NCBI GenBank assembly: GCA_963794325.1
Contig: CAWCDG010000002.1
Span: forward strand, 96,001 to 160,000
Reading direction: 5' to 3'
Length of the DNA: 64,000 bases
Source: an uncultured delta proteobacterium
Lineage (GTDB): Bacteria > Desulfobacterota > Binatia > Binatales > Binataceae
Part shown: piece after piece, positions 39,275-48,788 of the stretch
Numbering within the stretch: position 1 is the first letter of the stretch
Layout of the letters: each line of letters begins with the position of its first letter
Translations under genes and position numbers: made by a program
Notes under the pieces: generated by a model
The model's input: only the letters and a program-made list of their open reading frames with translations
What the model was told of the DNA's origin: nothing
The model's database searches: none

Positions 39275-40408
39275 ATGGTCGCGGCCGCGTTCGTCGCGAT
39301 GTTCGCGGTGTACGGGGTCGCCTACAGCTTCGGCGCGTTCTTCAAGCCGATGGCGGCGGAATTCGGCGCGCGGCGCAGCGCGACCTCGGCGGTATTCTCA
39401 ATCACGGTGCTGGTGTGGTGCGTGCTCGGTCCTATCACCGGGCATCTCTCGGACCGCTTCGGCCCGCGAATCGTGGTGGCGACCGGCGCGATTGCGATGG
39501 GAATCGGTCTCGCGCTCACCTCGATGATCGATCGCATCTGGCTCGGCTACCTGACCTACGGACTCGGGGTCGGCGTCGGAGTGGCATGCGCGTATGTGCC
39601 GATGGTTGCGGTGGTCGGTGGATGGTTCATCCGGCGGCGCAACACCGCGCTCGGAATCGCAGTGGCGGGAATCGGATTCGGCACGGTATTTGGCGCGCCG
39701 ATCGCGGCCGCCTTGATCGCGCATCTCGGATGGCGCGCGACCTATGTTGTATTTGCGATTGCGACGGCCGCGATACTGCTGGGATGCGCTTGGATCGTCG
39801 AGCGGCCGCCCGTGCATGTGACGGTGTCGCGAGTCCAAATCCGCGACGTGCTTCGCAGTCCAGCCTTCGGCTTCCTGTATGCGTCGTCGGTGATGGTCTC
39901 GGTAGTGATCTTCGTGCCGTTCGTCTATCTGCCGTCGTTTGCGCATGATCGCGGCGCGAGCGAGTTCGCCAGCGCCGCGCTGGTCGGAGTGATTGGCGGC
40001 GCGAGCGTTGCGGGACGGATGGGTCTTGGCAGTCTCGCGGATCGGGCGGGCGTGGTGCGTCTATACCAGGGGAGCTTTCTGGTGCTCGCGCTCAGTTACG
40101 GTCTGTGGCTGTCGGCGGTTTCATATCCAATGATGCTTGCGTTCGCACTGGTGATGGGGGCGGGCTACGGCGGCTACGTCGCGCTCTCGCCGGCAGTGAT
40201 TGCGCATCTGTTCGGCACGCAGCGGATGGGCACGATGCTCGGCGCGCTGTACACGAGCGGCGGAATCGGCGCGATGATCGGTCCACCGATTGTGGGATTG
40301 ATTATCGATCGAACGGGCAGTTATCGCGCGGCGATCGCGTGCGCGTTCGCAGTCGCGATGGGGTCGTTCGCGCTGCTGATTCCGCTGTGTCGCTATGAGC
40401 GACAGTAG
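39275..40408 (+). CDS. MFS transporter (monocarboxylate/oxalate-formate antiporter-like)
   Basis: Multiple TMs, GHLSDRFGPR, WFIRRRNTALG. Confidence 0.9.
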   Translation: MVAAAFVAMFAVYGVAYSFGAFFKPMAAEFGARRSATSAVFSITVLVWCVLGPITGHLSDRFGPRIVVATGAIAMGIGLALTSMIDRIWLGYLTYGLGVGVGVACAYVPMVAVVGGWFIRRRNTALGIAVAGIGFGTVFGAPIAAALIAHLGWRATYVVFAIATAAILLGCAWIVERPPVHVTVSRVQIRDVLRSPAFGFLYASSVMVSVVIFVPFVYLPSFAHDRGASEFASAALVGVIGGASVAGRMGLGSLADRAGVVRLYQGSFLVLALSYGLWLSAVSYPMMLAFALVMGAGYGGYVALSPAVIAHLFGTQRMGTMLGALYTSGGIGAMIGPPIVGLIIDRTGSYRAAIACAFAVAMGSFALLIPLCRYERQ

Positions 40409-40474
40409 GACGGAATTTATTCCGTCGATCCTGATGTGGCGTGCTTTCCTTTGACGGAATAAATTCCGTCCTAC
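40405..40474. repeat. GTAG-type REP doublet (REPIN-like)
   Basis: gtaggacggaatttattccgtc...gacggaataaattccgtcctac; second copy at 44265. Confidence 0.85.
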
Positions 40475-40478
40475 TCGT

Positions 40479-41564
40479 TCAGTCGGAATCCTGATCGAAG
40501 GGATATTGATCAGTCTTGAATGACCATCGATATGTCTTTTCGCCGGAGGTGACTGAAACCGAGTACGACTTGCCGGCCTTTAGCGGTGCGCGTGGAATAA
40601 TAAGAGCGGCCGCGTAATGCTTGAGTCCAGACTGGGCAGCCTGCACTTGGGAAGGATCCGAGCTTCGGTAGCTGTCCGCGGTGACTGTGCATGTTTCGAG
40701 CGTTTGGCCGTCCGTCGTCAACGAAACATCGCTGATATTCGGGCTGAAGTCTCGGCCAAACGAGATCAGTATGATCGACCCTGTCGGTTTTTCGTAACTG
40801 GGGCAGGCAGAGAGCGGATTGGGAAATTCGCGCATGGTGAAACGCACGTGCTTCACCGTCGTGCCGTCAGAAGGATACTCGATTGGTGTGGGCAACAGGG
40901 CGCTCTCCTGCGCTTCGGTTCCAGCAGAGATGCTCGATTCTGTGAAGCGTTGATGTTGCGGGTAGCCGTTCGCCGCTTGAGCGGCGTTGCCCAACGACCA
41001 GCTCGAGCCGCGCCCGAAGCTGAGCACCGCGGCGCACCATCCGGCTTCGCAATAGCGGCCGAAGCCCGCCTCGCGCAATGTTGGATCGAGTATCGGCAAC
41101 GCGTGAAACGGCGCCAAGAGCCAGCCTTCGATTGATTCATCATCAGTGAGTTCCGAATGGCTCGGCGGGATGACGTCGCCAGTGCGGCCAGCGACTTGAC
41201 CAGTGGACGTATACCAGGGATTGCCCGGATCCTCGTCGTGCATTTTCGCGCCGAGTTCGAAGCGGGCGTGATTCTTCACAAGGTAGCGGGCATGCCTCGC
41301 ATCAGCGTCGCTCAGAAACTTGTTATCGACGATAGGCGTGAGACCCGCAGCTTTACGCGCTTCGTTGATCCGCGAGAGCCATTCCGGCCCCGCGTTCATT
41401 GCAGTGGACGATTCCTTCCCGGGCTCTGCGATGATCGGATGCTGCGCCGGCGGCGTCGATTGCACCGACTGAGAGCATGCCGCTGCGCAGAGTGCGAGCG
41501 CGGCTATCAGCATCGGCCTTGCGAAACCGGGAAACGCCGCAAGAACCGCAGTCCCTCGGCGCAT
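40479..41564 (-). CDS. CAP (SCP) domain lipoprotein
   Basis: Lipobox AAAC; INEARKAAGL, ARHARYL, WLLAPFHALPIL. Confidence 0.8.
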   Translation of the reverse strand: MRRGTAVLAAFPGFARPMLIAALALCAAACSQSVQSTPPAQHPIIAEPGKESSTAMNAGPEWLSRINEARKAAGLTPIVDNKFLSDADARHARYLVKNHARFELGAKMHDEDPGNPWYTSTGQVAGRTGDVIPPSHSELTDDESIEGWLLAPFHALPILDPTLREAGFGRYCEAGWCAAVLSFGRGSSWSLGNAAQAANGYPQHQRFTESSISAGTEAQESALLPTPIEYPSDGTTVKHVRFTMREFPNPLSACPSYEKPTGSIILISFGRDFSPNISDVSLTTDGQTLETCTVTADSYRSSDPSQVQAAQSGLKHYAAALIIPRAPLKAGKSYSVSVTSGEKTYRWSFKTDQYPFDQDSD

Positions 41565-42007
41565 CAGTTCTTGCAGAGTCCTTGCGAGCGCAGGTACATC
41601 ACGTCGGCATCCGTTAAAGGCGCGCCCTTAAGAGCCTGCGCAGAAACGACGGAACTATGCTCGGCATTGATACCGCAATTGACGGCAATCGGGGTGCCTC
41701 CGGGCGTCTGTGTGCTTGTATGTACCCATGAAGTACGAGCGCTGTTGCCTTCGCGCTCGCGGGGATCGACCGTTAGACCAGTATTTGACTCTACTACCGG
41801 TTGCTTGGCGATCTGTTCGCAAATCGGTTCCGCGTTGATCTCGCATCCCGATGCGCCCGCGGAACTTGAACCGCTGGGAGCTGAATTCGCGGTCGAAACA
41901 GACTGTGTGGCGCAGGCGGAAAAGACCCCCACGCCCGCGAGCAAAATGATCGCACCCAAGATCCAGGACCTCGGCGGCGCAGAAAAAACCAACAAAGGTG
42001 ATCGCAT
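41564..42007 (-). CDS. Hypothetical lipoprotein
   Basis: Lipobox FSAC; coupled to the CAP gene. Confidence 0.7.
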   Translation of the reverse strand: MRSPLLVFSAPPRSWILGAIILLAGVGVFSACATQSVSTANSAPSGSSSAGASGCEINAEPICEQIAKQPVVESNTGLTVDPREREGNSARTSWVHTSTQTPGGTPIAVNCGINAEHSSVVSAQALKGAPLTDADVMYLRSQGLCKN

Positions 42008-42206
42008 TTCCCCCCCCTCCTAAAATGACGAGCGTAAGGAACTTACCAATCCGCAAATTCGATTACAACAAAAGGTGGAATCAACAACACCTCTTTTTGA
42101 ATTGCGCTGCGGTCGCGAAACTTAGTTTGTGAATTCGGGAGGGGGTTGATACCGTCAGACGATACTCGCACGCGGCTTGGGGGCTTCGTGCTTAGGGGAC
42201 GATTCG

Positions 42207-42458
42207 ATGCGTAAGATCATCATGTCGGGACTGTTTGCGATCGCGGTGGCGGGTCTTGCGTATGCGGCTGACCGCGATCGTCACGCTGACTACAGCGATC
42301 CCAAAGCGCCAACTGCGGCGGCCTTATGCAAGGGCTTCTACGGCACTGACGACAACCTCACCGCCTGCAACGACTTCTGCGGCCAATACCGGACCGATAA
42401 CCAGGGTGCGACTTGCGAGTGCACCGACGGCAAGTGCCCGGCCGACGACCATCCGTAG
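42207..42458 (+). CDS. Small secreted six-cysteine protein
   Basis: Signal peptide ending AYA; C...CNDFC...CEC...C. Confidence 0.75.
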   Translation: MRKIIMSGLFAIAVAGLAYAADRDRHADYSDPKAPTAAALCKGFYGTDDNLTACNDFCGQYRTDNQGATCECTDGKCPADDHP

Positions 42459-42463
42459 ATCGT

Positions 42464-43237
42464 TCACGCGGCGTCGTGGAAGATGACGCCCATCGCATAG
42501 CGCACACCTGATTTGATCGTGCTGACGCCGTGACGCATATTCACGCGATGGAACCCTCGGGCGCCGGGCGCGGGGCGGTAGCGATTGGCGAAAATTATTC
42601 CCTCGCCACTATTGAGCGCGATTGCCTCGCCACGCGACTGTGCCCGCGGGCGCTGCTCGACGAGCAATAGCTCGCCGCCTTCGAAGTCGCGCCCACGCCG
42701 GCTCAGCGCACAGGTGAATTGAAGCGGGAACGCGACCTCGCCGTACAAATCCTGATGGAGGCAGTTGTAGCCGCCGCTCTCGTAGCGAAGGATCAGCGGC
42801 GTCGGCCGGGTCTGTCCATGGGCGGCGCACACTTCCAGAAATTCGGCGAGGGTCGGTGGATATGAATCGGGCGAGCGCATCCGACTGGTCCATCGATTAG
42901 CCGCGGGCACGAGCTTGCGATATATCGAGGCGCGCAATTCGTCGACCAGCGGCGGCATCGGGCGCGCGAAATACTTGTACTCGCCGACGCCGTAGCTATG
43001 ACGCTCCATCACGACGCGGCTGCGAAAGCGATCGCGATCCGGATAAAGCGCAATCAGGTCCGCGCATTCGGCGGCGCGCAAAATGGAGCCCGTGAGCGCA
43101 TAGCCTTGCGCGTCGAGGTCGCGATCGATGCGCTCCCAATCGAGCGCCGCGATGCGATCGCCGATGGGCAGCACAGTCTTACGCGGCGTTGGCGCGGATG
43201 AACGCTCCAATTTTATCGATCGCCTGCTGACCTTCAT
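42464..43237 (-). CDS. 2OG-Fe(II) oxygenase (DUF2086)
   Basis: GEYKYF, YNCLHQDLYGE, EQRPRAQSR, RHGVS, IFHDA; start may be GTG 43174. Confidence 0.9.
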   Translation of the reverse strand: MKVSRRSIKLERSSAPTPRKTVLPIGDRIAALDWERIDRDLDAQGYALTGSILRAAECADLIALYPDRDRFRSRVVMERHSYGVGEYKYFARPMPPLVDELRASIYRKLVPAANRWTSRMRSPDSYPPTLAEFLEVCAAHGQTRPTPLILRYESGGYNCLHQDLYGEVAFPLQFTCALSRRGRDFEGGELLLVEQRPRAQSRGEAIALNSGEGIIFANRYRPAPGARGFHRVNMRHGVSTIKSGVRYAMGVIFHDAA

Positions 43238-44069
43238 CGAGCATCGGCGCGAAAACCTGGAAGACGTGAATCATGTTCTCCCACGGCTCGAGCGTGACCT
43301 TCACGCCCGCCTTGCGCGCGCGCTCGGCGATTCGGGTCGAGTCGTCGAGCAGAGTTTCGGCGGTCCCAACCTGGATCAGCAGCGGCGGCAATCCCGCGAG
43401 GTCGGCATAGAGGGGAGCGGCGAGCGGACTGCGCGCGTCCTGACCGGCGAGGTAGTGAGTCGCCATCTCGAGCAGCGCTTCCTTCTGCACCATCGGGTCA
43501 ACCGACGACTTCGACTTCATCGAATCGCCGAGGCCCTCGAGGTCGACCCACGGCGACAGGCATACGCCAGCGCCTGGAGTGGCGAGTTTCGCATCGCGAA
43601 TCGCAACCAGTGTCGCCACTGTGAGGCCGCCGCCTGCCGAGTCGCCCGCGACCGAGATGCGGGAAGCTTTGAGTCCTTGCGCGAGCATCCAGCGATACGC
43701 CGCGACGCTATCCTCGACCGCGGCGGGAAACGGATGTTCCGGTGCGAGACGGTAATCGATTACCAGCACGCGGGCTTTAGCCGCGCGCGAGATTCGTGAC
43801 GCGAGATCGCGATGCGTATTGATCGAGCCGATCACATAGCCGCCGCCATGCAGGTAGAGCACCGCGCATCCCGCGTCGGCGCCGGGCGCAGTCACCCATT
43901 CGGACTTGACGCCGCCCGCATTCACCGGTTCGCATTTGACGTCGGCGGCGAGAGGAAACACGTTTGTCATCTGCTCGAAGTTGGCGCGCGTCTCCTGGAC
44001 CGTCGGACGACCCGCGATCGGTTGCGCCTTGAGCATCTGGATTATCTGCTGGAGTTGCTGTTGCGACAT
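43179..44069 (-). CDS. HSL-family esterase/lactone hydrolase
   Basis: HGGG, DYRLAPEHPFPAA, GDSAGG. Confidence 0.93.
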   Translation of the reverse strand: MSQQQLQQIIQMLKAQPIAGRPTVQETRANFEQMTNVFPLAADVKCEPVNAGGVKSEWVTAPGADAGCAVLYLHGGGYVIGSINTHRDLASRISRAAKARVLVIDYRLAPEHPFPAAVEDSVAAYRWMLAQGLKASRISVAGDSAGGGLTVATLVAIRDAKLATPGAGVCLSPWVDLEGLGDSMKSKSSVDPMVQKEALLEMATHYLAGQDARSPLAAPLYADLAGLPPLLIQVGTAETLLDDSTRIAERARKAGVKVTLEPWENMIHVFQVFAPMLDEGQQAIDKIGAFIRANAA

Positions 44070-44140
44070 CGATTTAACCTCTTCGGAATGGGCTTCCCGA
44101 ATATATAGCGCTGCCTCAGGCAAAATACACTTGATTTTAA

Positions 44141-44230
44141 GTGAACCCTCCGCGGGTTTCACGCTTCCGCGGCAGGGGTGACCCCTGCACCCAGTATTAA
44201 TCGCAAAACGGCGAGGACGCCATTTCGCTC
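44141..44230 (+). repeat. Core A multi-hairpin element
   Basis: gtgaaccctccgcgggtttcacgcttccgcggcaggggtgacccctgcacccagt plus third hairpin. Confidence 0.9.
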
Positions 44231-44264
44231 TCGGGGGCGGGGGCGGAGGGAGCAGAGAATGACA

Positions 44265-44335
44265 GTAGGACGGAATTTATTCCGTCAAAGGAAAAAGCGC
44301 CACACAATGGATCGACGGAATAAATTCCGTCCTAC
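44265..44335. repeat. GTAG-type REP doublet, inverted relative to 40405
   Basis: Same arms; spacer resembles the reverse complement of the 40405 spacer. Confidence 0.85.
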
Positions 44336-44347
44336 TGAGGAGATGTG

Positions 44348-45370
44348 CTAGTGCGCGAATTCCACCATCACCTTGGCCTGGGTGCCGGGACGTTTGAGGG
44401 CGGTGAACATGTCGGGGACCTGTTCGAGGTTGATGACGTCGGTGATCATCGGGGTCGCGTCGATGGCGCCGGACGCGAGTGCGTCGATGGTCGCCTGGAA
44501 TTCGCCGCGCGTGTAGGCGAGCGCGAAATTGATTTGCACTTCTTTCATCACGCAGCTCAGTGGGTAGATGCTGTCGGATTCCATGCACACGCCGATCACG
44601 ACGACCTGGCCGTGCCTTCCGACCATCCCGATCGCGGCGCCGAGCGTGGATTTGACGCCGATACATTCGAAGACGACGTCGGGCGGGCGGCCGGTGATCG
44701 ATCTCACAGCGTCGGCAGGATCGCCCTCCGTCGGATTCACGACTGCGCTGGCGCCGAGTTTCATCGCAAGCTCGGTGCGCCCCGGCGCGAGTTCCGACAC
44801 GACGACTGCGCTCGCACCCTTGGCCTTGGCCCAAATCAAGGTGGATAGGCCGATCGGCCCCGCGCCCATCACGACAACGCCCATGCCCGGTTCGATCGAG
44901 GCGTGATTTACGCCGTGGAGCCCGACTGAGAGCGGCTCGACGAGCGCGCCCGCGCGTGAGCTGACGTTGGCCGGAAGAGCGAGCAGGCTCGCGGCGCTGC
45001 ATGCGACGAACTCCGCATACGCTCCGGGGAGTTGGCCGAGGCCGAGGCTGAGCTGCTTCGAACAATGCATCGAGTCGTCGCTACGGCACCATGTGCAGAT
45101 GCCGCAAGAAGTGCGAGGCAGCGACGTGACGCGATCGCCGAGCCGGTAACCATCGACGCCGGCGCCCACTGAAAAAATCTCGCCGCAGAATTCGTGGCCC
45201 ATCACGGTGTCCGTCGCCATCCCGAGTCCGTACTGGACGGCATGCAAGTCGGAGCCGCAGATTCCGCAATCGTGAACTTTAAGGATGACTTCGCCGACGC
45301 CGGCGATTGGATCGGGCACGTCGATAACGGCCATCTCGTCTCTCTTTTTGAACACTGCAGCTCTCATCAC
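44348..45370 (-). CDS. Zn-dependent alcohol dehydrogenase family protein
   Basis: CGICGSDLH, GHE, CGICTWC, GAGPIG. Confidence 0.92.
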   Translation of the reverse strand: MMRAAVFKKRDEMAVIDVPDPIAGVGEVILKVHDCGICGSDLHAVQYGLGMATDTVMGHEFCGEIFSVGAGVDGYRLGDRVTSLPRTSCGICTWCRSDDSMHCSKQLSLGLGQLPGAYAEFVACSAASLLALPANVSSRAGALVEPLSVGLHGVNHASIEPGMGVVVMGAGPIGLSTLIWAKAKGASAVVVSELAPGRTELAMKLGASAVVNPTEGDPADAVRSITGRPPDVVFECIGVKSTLGAAIGMVGRHGQVVVIGVCMESDSIYPLSCVMKEVQINFALAYTRGEFQATIDALASGAIDATPMITDVINLEQVPDMFTALKRPGTQAKVMVEFAH

Positions 45371-45397
45371 TCCCCTCCAAATCCGGGACGCGCGTAC

Positions 45398-45781
45398 TTA
45401 TTTCTGCTGTATCAATTCGATCTTGTAGCCGTTGGGATCCTCGATGAAGGCGATGGAGGTGGTGCCATGCTTCATCGGGCCGGGCTCGCGCACAACCTTG
45501 ACGCCCTTTTGTTTGAGGTCGGCGCAGGTCTGGTAGATGTCGGCGACGCCGAGCGCGATGTGTCCGTAGGCGGTGCCGACCTCGTACTTCGAAGTGCCCC
45601 AATTCCAGGTGAGTTCGAGGACCGAGGTTTCCCTCTCGTCGCCGTAGCCGACGAAGGCGAGGGTGAACTCGCCACCGGGGAAGTCGTTCTTGCGCAGCAG
45701 TTTCATCCCGAGTTTGTCGCAGTAGAACTTGAGCGATTCGTCGAGGTTGTTGACGCGGAGCATCGTGTGCAGCAGGCGCAT
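45398..45781 (-). CDS. gloA: Lactoylglutathione lyase (glyoxalase I)
   Basis: [41 protein letters not shown]. Confidence 0.95.
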   Translation of the reverse strand: MRLLHTMLRVNNLDESLKFYCDKLGMKLLRKNDFPGGEFTLAFVGYGDERETSVLELTWNWGTSKYEVGTAYGHIALGVADIYQTCADLKQKGVKVVREPGPMKHGTTSIAFIEDPNGYKIELIQQK

Positions 45782-45785
45782 GCGG

Positions 45786-46079
45786 TCACTCCTTTGGCTT
45801 GATGCCGGTGCGAGCGCGCTTGGCGTCGATGGCCTTGGTGAGCTCGCCTTTGATTTCGGCAAAGATGTCCTCGGTCGGCGCGATTCCGACGGCCTTCATG
45901 CGATCGACCAGTTCGTAGCGCTCGAGCGCGAGGATGGTTTTGGCTTCATGTTCATGCATTCGTTTGAGGCGCACGAGTTCGAGGATCGCGAGCTCGCGGA
46001 CGCGGCCGGCGAAGACGGACTCGGTGAGTTTGGCGTCGAAGATGTCGTCCGGGAGGTCGAGTTTGAGATTCACAATCAT
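45786..46079 (-). CDS. UPF0175-like small protein
   Basis: LDLP...RELAILEL...[22 protein letters not shown] pattern. Confidence 0.55.
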   Translation of the reverse strand: MIVNLKLDLPDDIFDAKLTESVFAGRVRELAILELVRLKRMHEHEAKTILALERYELVDRMKAVGIAPTEDIFAEIKGELTKAIDAKRARTGIKPKE

Positions 46080-46130
46080 CTGATGTCCGACTTTCCGCAA
46101 TCGGGAAAGTATTGTCAAACGCGGTGGGAA

Positions 46131-46330
46131 GGGTGGAAGGGGAAATCACTTCATTAAATGTGAAACCCGCAGTGGGTTTCACGCTTCCTTCGGCAGGGGT
46201 GACCCCTGCACCCAGTGAAGGAAAAACAAGGATGCGGGACTTCGTCCCTGTAAGAAGGGTTAGGGCGGAGCTTCTCCACGCGATTGTTCCCCTTCCCTCG
46301 AGGGAAGCGGTTAGGGGTTAGGTTCTTCGC
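46131..46330 (+). repeat. Core A element (46160-46217) plus CCCTTCCC/GGGAAG palindromes
   Basis: Similar layout at 49975-50175. Confidence 0.9.
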
Positions 46331-46350
46331 GCTTGCGCGCGATTCCGAAC

Positions 46351-47061
46351 TCACAGATAAGAAAATGCGGCGGCGAATTTTGGTTTACCGCCGGATTCCA
46401 GAACGTCGCCGTGGGTGACGATTACTCGATCGAAGTCCCATTCGAGAATCGTCGCGACGGATTCGCGCGCGGCTTTACCGTCGCGAATTATCAGACGAAC
46501 CAGGCGATGAGGCCCGAAGCGGCCGCGGCCGCCGACGATTGTGTAGAACATCCATGCGTCTTTGAAATCGTCAGGCACGTTGAAGACCAGATCGGTGAAA
46601 ATCGCGGTGCGGCTCGGCCGGTGAAAGAAGACCACCTCATTCAGACCGGTCGCACCCTTAAATAGATGCTGATCGAGCTCGCCGGCCCATTCAGCTTGAG
46701 GATCGTCGCCGAGGGTCGCGTCGAGTTTCAGATCGGGCCGCGCGCCGAAGCGTGCTCTGAAATCCTTGATATCGCCGACCAGGCCGGGCGGTCCGTACAG
46801 CTTCGCAGCGGGCCAGGTCTTGATGTAGTCACCGACGAACAGGTGATGCGCGCGCGACGGCGCCACTACTGCGCGAACCTCGCCGAGCGCATCGAGTGAC
46901 CGCTTCGTTTCATATTCGAGTTTGGTCGGCGAATGGAGGAACAGGCCGCCGCTGGCGAGCTTGATTACCGTCATCCGCGTGCCGATTTTTGCAAAGCCGG
47001 TGTTGAAGTCCGGTTGGTCGACGATCCACAGATTGGCGGCGAGATTTTTCGGCTGTGGCAT
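46351..47061 (-). CDS. DUF4336 domain protein
   Basis: TRMTVIKL..GLFLHSP, EVVFFHRPSRT, WDFDRVIVTHG. Confidence 0.88.
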   Translation of the reverse strand: MPQPKNLAANLWIVDQPDFNTGFAKIGTRMTVIKLASGGLFLHSPTKLEYETKRSLDALGEVRAVVAPSRAHHLFVGDYIKTWPAAKLYGPPGLVGDIKDFRARFGARPDLKLDATLGDDPQAEWAGELDQHLFKGATGLNEVVFFHRPSRTAIFTDLVFNVPDDFKDAWMFYTIVGGRGRFGPHRLVRLIIRDGKAARESVATILEWDFDRVIVTHGDVLESGGKPKFAAAFSYL

Positions 47062-47132
47062 GCGTATTGATTTAACGCGACAGGAAGGGATGCACCAGCC
47101 GATTCTTTAGCCAGCGGAGGCCGCATTAATAA

Positions 47133-47383
47133 CCTCCCCTTGTCCGAGGGGAGAGCCTGCCCTGAGCGAAGCCGAAGGGTCGGCGCGCGCCGAAGGAGTG
47201 CGCCGGGCGGGGTGCAACGCCAGGCGTCACAGAAAGCCCTGTTGTGCTGCTGTCGAGCTGCGAACGCGTTTCTCTGCATCGAGATTAAACGAGTCGGGGT
47301 TGGTGGGCTGTCGCACGTTGCACCTCTCCCGGCGCACCGCTTTTCAAGCGGCTTTCGCCGACCTCTCCTCGGACAAGGAGAGG
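47133..47383. repeat. Inverted pair of CCTCTCCTTGTCCGAGGAGAGG palindromes; left arm carries the 24-bp mini-repeat (47155-47178)
   Basis: Left arm matches the reverse complement of 47356-47383 once the insert is removed. Confidence 0.75.
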
Positions 47384-47503
47384 TGGGATCTCAGAGGCCT
47401 TTGCACAGTGCTGGGGTTATGTTTTAAGTTCATGCCGCAGCGGTCGGTGGGGTGATCGTCATAGCCGGTACAGGCGCTCGAGCCGTGCCAGGAGAGATGC
47501 GCG

Positions 47504-48694
47504 ATGGATTTCAATTTTAATCCCGAAGATGATGCGTTCCGGATGGAGTTTCGTGCGTGGCTCGACGCCAACAAGCAATTCGCGCCGCATATGGGCGAAA
47601 CCACGATCGGGATGGCCGAAGGTCGCGGCGAATTCGATCAGCAAAAGCGCTGGGCGAAGAAAATGGCCGAGGGACGCTGGCTCGCGCCGAGCTGGCCTGA
47701 GAAGTACGGCGGACGCGGCGCGGGAATTTTGCAGAATATCGTCTATGGCGAGGAGCTCGCGCGCGCGGGCGTCTCGGCGCCGATGATCGGGATGGGTATC
47801 AGCCTGTTCGGGCCGACCCTGTTGCATTGGGGGAACGAGGAGCAGAAGCAGCGGTTTATTCCGCCGATCATGAAGGCGGAGGAGATCTGGTGCCAGGGGT
47901 ATTCAGAGCCGGGATCGGGATCGGACCTGGCTTCATTGCAGACCCGCGCAGTCGAGGACGGCGACTACTTCGTCGTCAACGGGCAGAAAGTGTGGACCTC
48001 GATCGCGCAGCACGCCGACTGGATTTTCTTGCTGGTAAGAACCGATCCCGACGCGCCGAAGCATAAAGGGATCAGCTATCTGATGGTCGATATGCATAGC
48101 CCGGGCGTGACGGTGCGTCCGCTGGTGCAGATCACCGGCAACAAGGGATTCAACGAAGTTTTTTTCGAAGACGTGCGGGTGCCGAAGAAAAATCTGGTCG
48201 GCGAGAAAAATTCGGGCTGGCAGGTCGCGATCACCACGCTGATGTTCGAGCGCTCGGGCGGCGGCGGCGATCGCGGCGGGATGTCGCAAGTTCGCGAGCT
48301 GGCGTCGCTCGCCAAATCATTGCAGCGCAATGGCGCGACGGCGTGGGACGACGGCAGCGTGCGGCAGAAAATCGCGGAGTTCGCCTGCGAGGCGATGGCC
48401 CTGCGCTACACCGGGTATCGGCAGCTCACGCGGCGGCTCAAGGGGATACCGCCGGGGCCTGAGGGCTCGATGATGAAGCTATGCGGCACCGAGTTGAACA
48501 TGCGGATTCAATTGTTCGCGATGGAACTGCTCGGGCCTTACAGCCAGATCGAGTACAAGGCGCCGTTCGCGATCGACAAGGGTAAGTGGTCGTTCCGGAT
48601 GCTCGCGGCGCGCGGCGGCACGATTGCGGCGGGCAGCAATCAGATACAACATAATATTATCGGCGAGCGCGTGCTCGGACTTCCCAAGGGCTAA
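47504..48694 (+). CDS. Acyl-CoA dehydrogenase
   Basis: WCQGYSEPGSGSDLASL, FNEVFFEDV, NIIGERVLGLPKG. Confidence 0.93.
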   Translation: MDFNFNPEDDAFRMEFRAWLDANKQFAPHMGETTIGMAEGRGEFDQQKRWAKKMAEGRWLAPSWPEKYGGRGAGILQNIVYGEELARAGVSAPMIGMGISLFGPTLLHWGNEEQKQRFIPPIMKAEEIWCQGYSEPGSGSDLASLQTRAVEDGDYFVVNGQKVWTSIAQHADWIFLLVRTDPDAPKHKGISYLMVDMHSPGVTVRPLVQITGNKGFNEVFFEDVRVPKKNLVGEKNSGWQVAITTLMFERSGGGGDRGGMSQVRELASLAKSLQRNGATAWDDGSVRQKIAEFACEAMALRYTGYRQLTRRLKGIPPGPEGSMMKLCGTELNMRIQLFAMELLGPYSQIEYKAPFAIDKGKWSFRMLAARGGTIAAGSNQIQHNIIGERVLGLPKG

Positions 48695-48788
48695 GGCGCT
48701 GATGATCTGGTTCATGCAAATCCGGGAAAGAATCACAGGCTGAAGCCTGTGCCACAGATTCGCGAGTAACGGGAGAAGTATTCATTCG

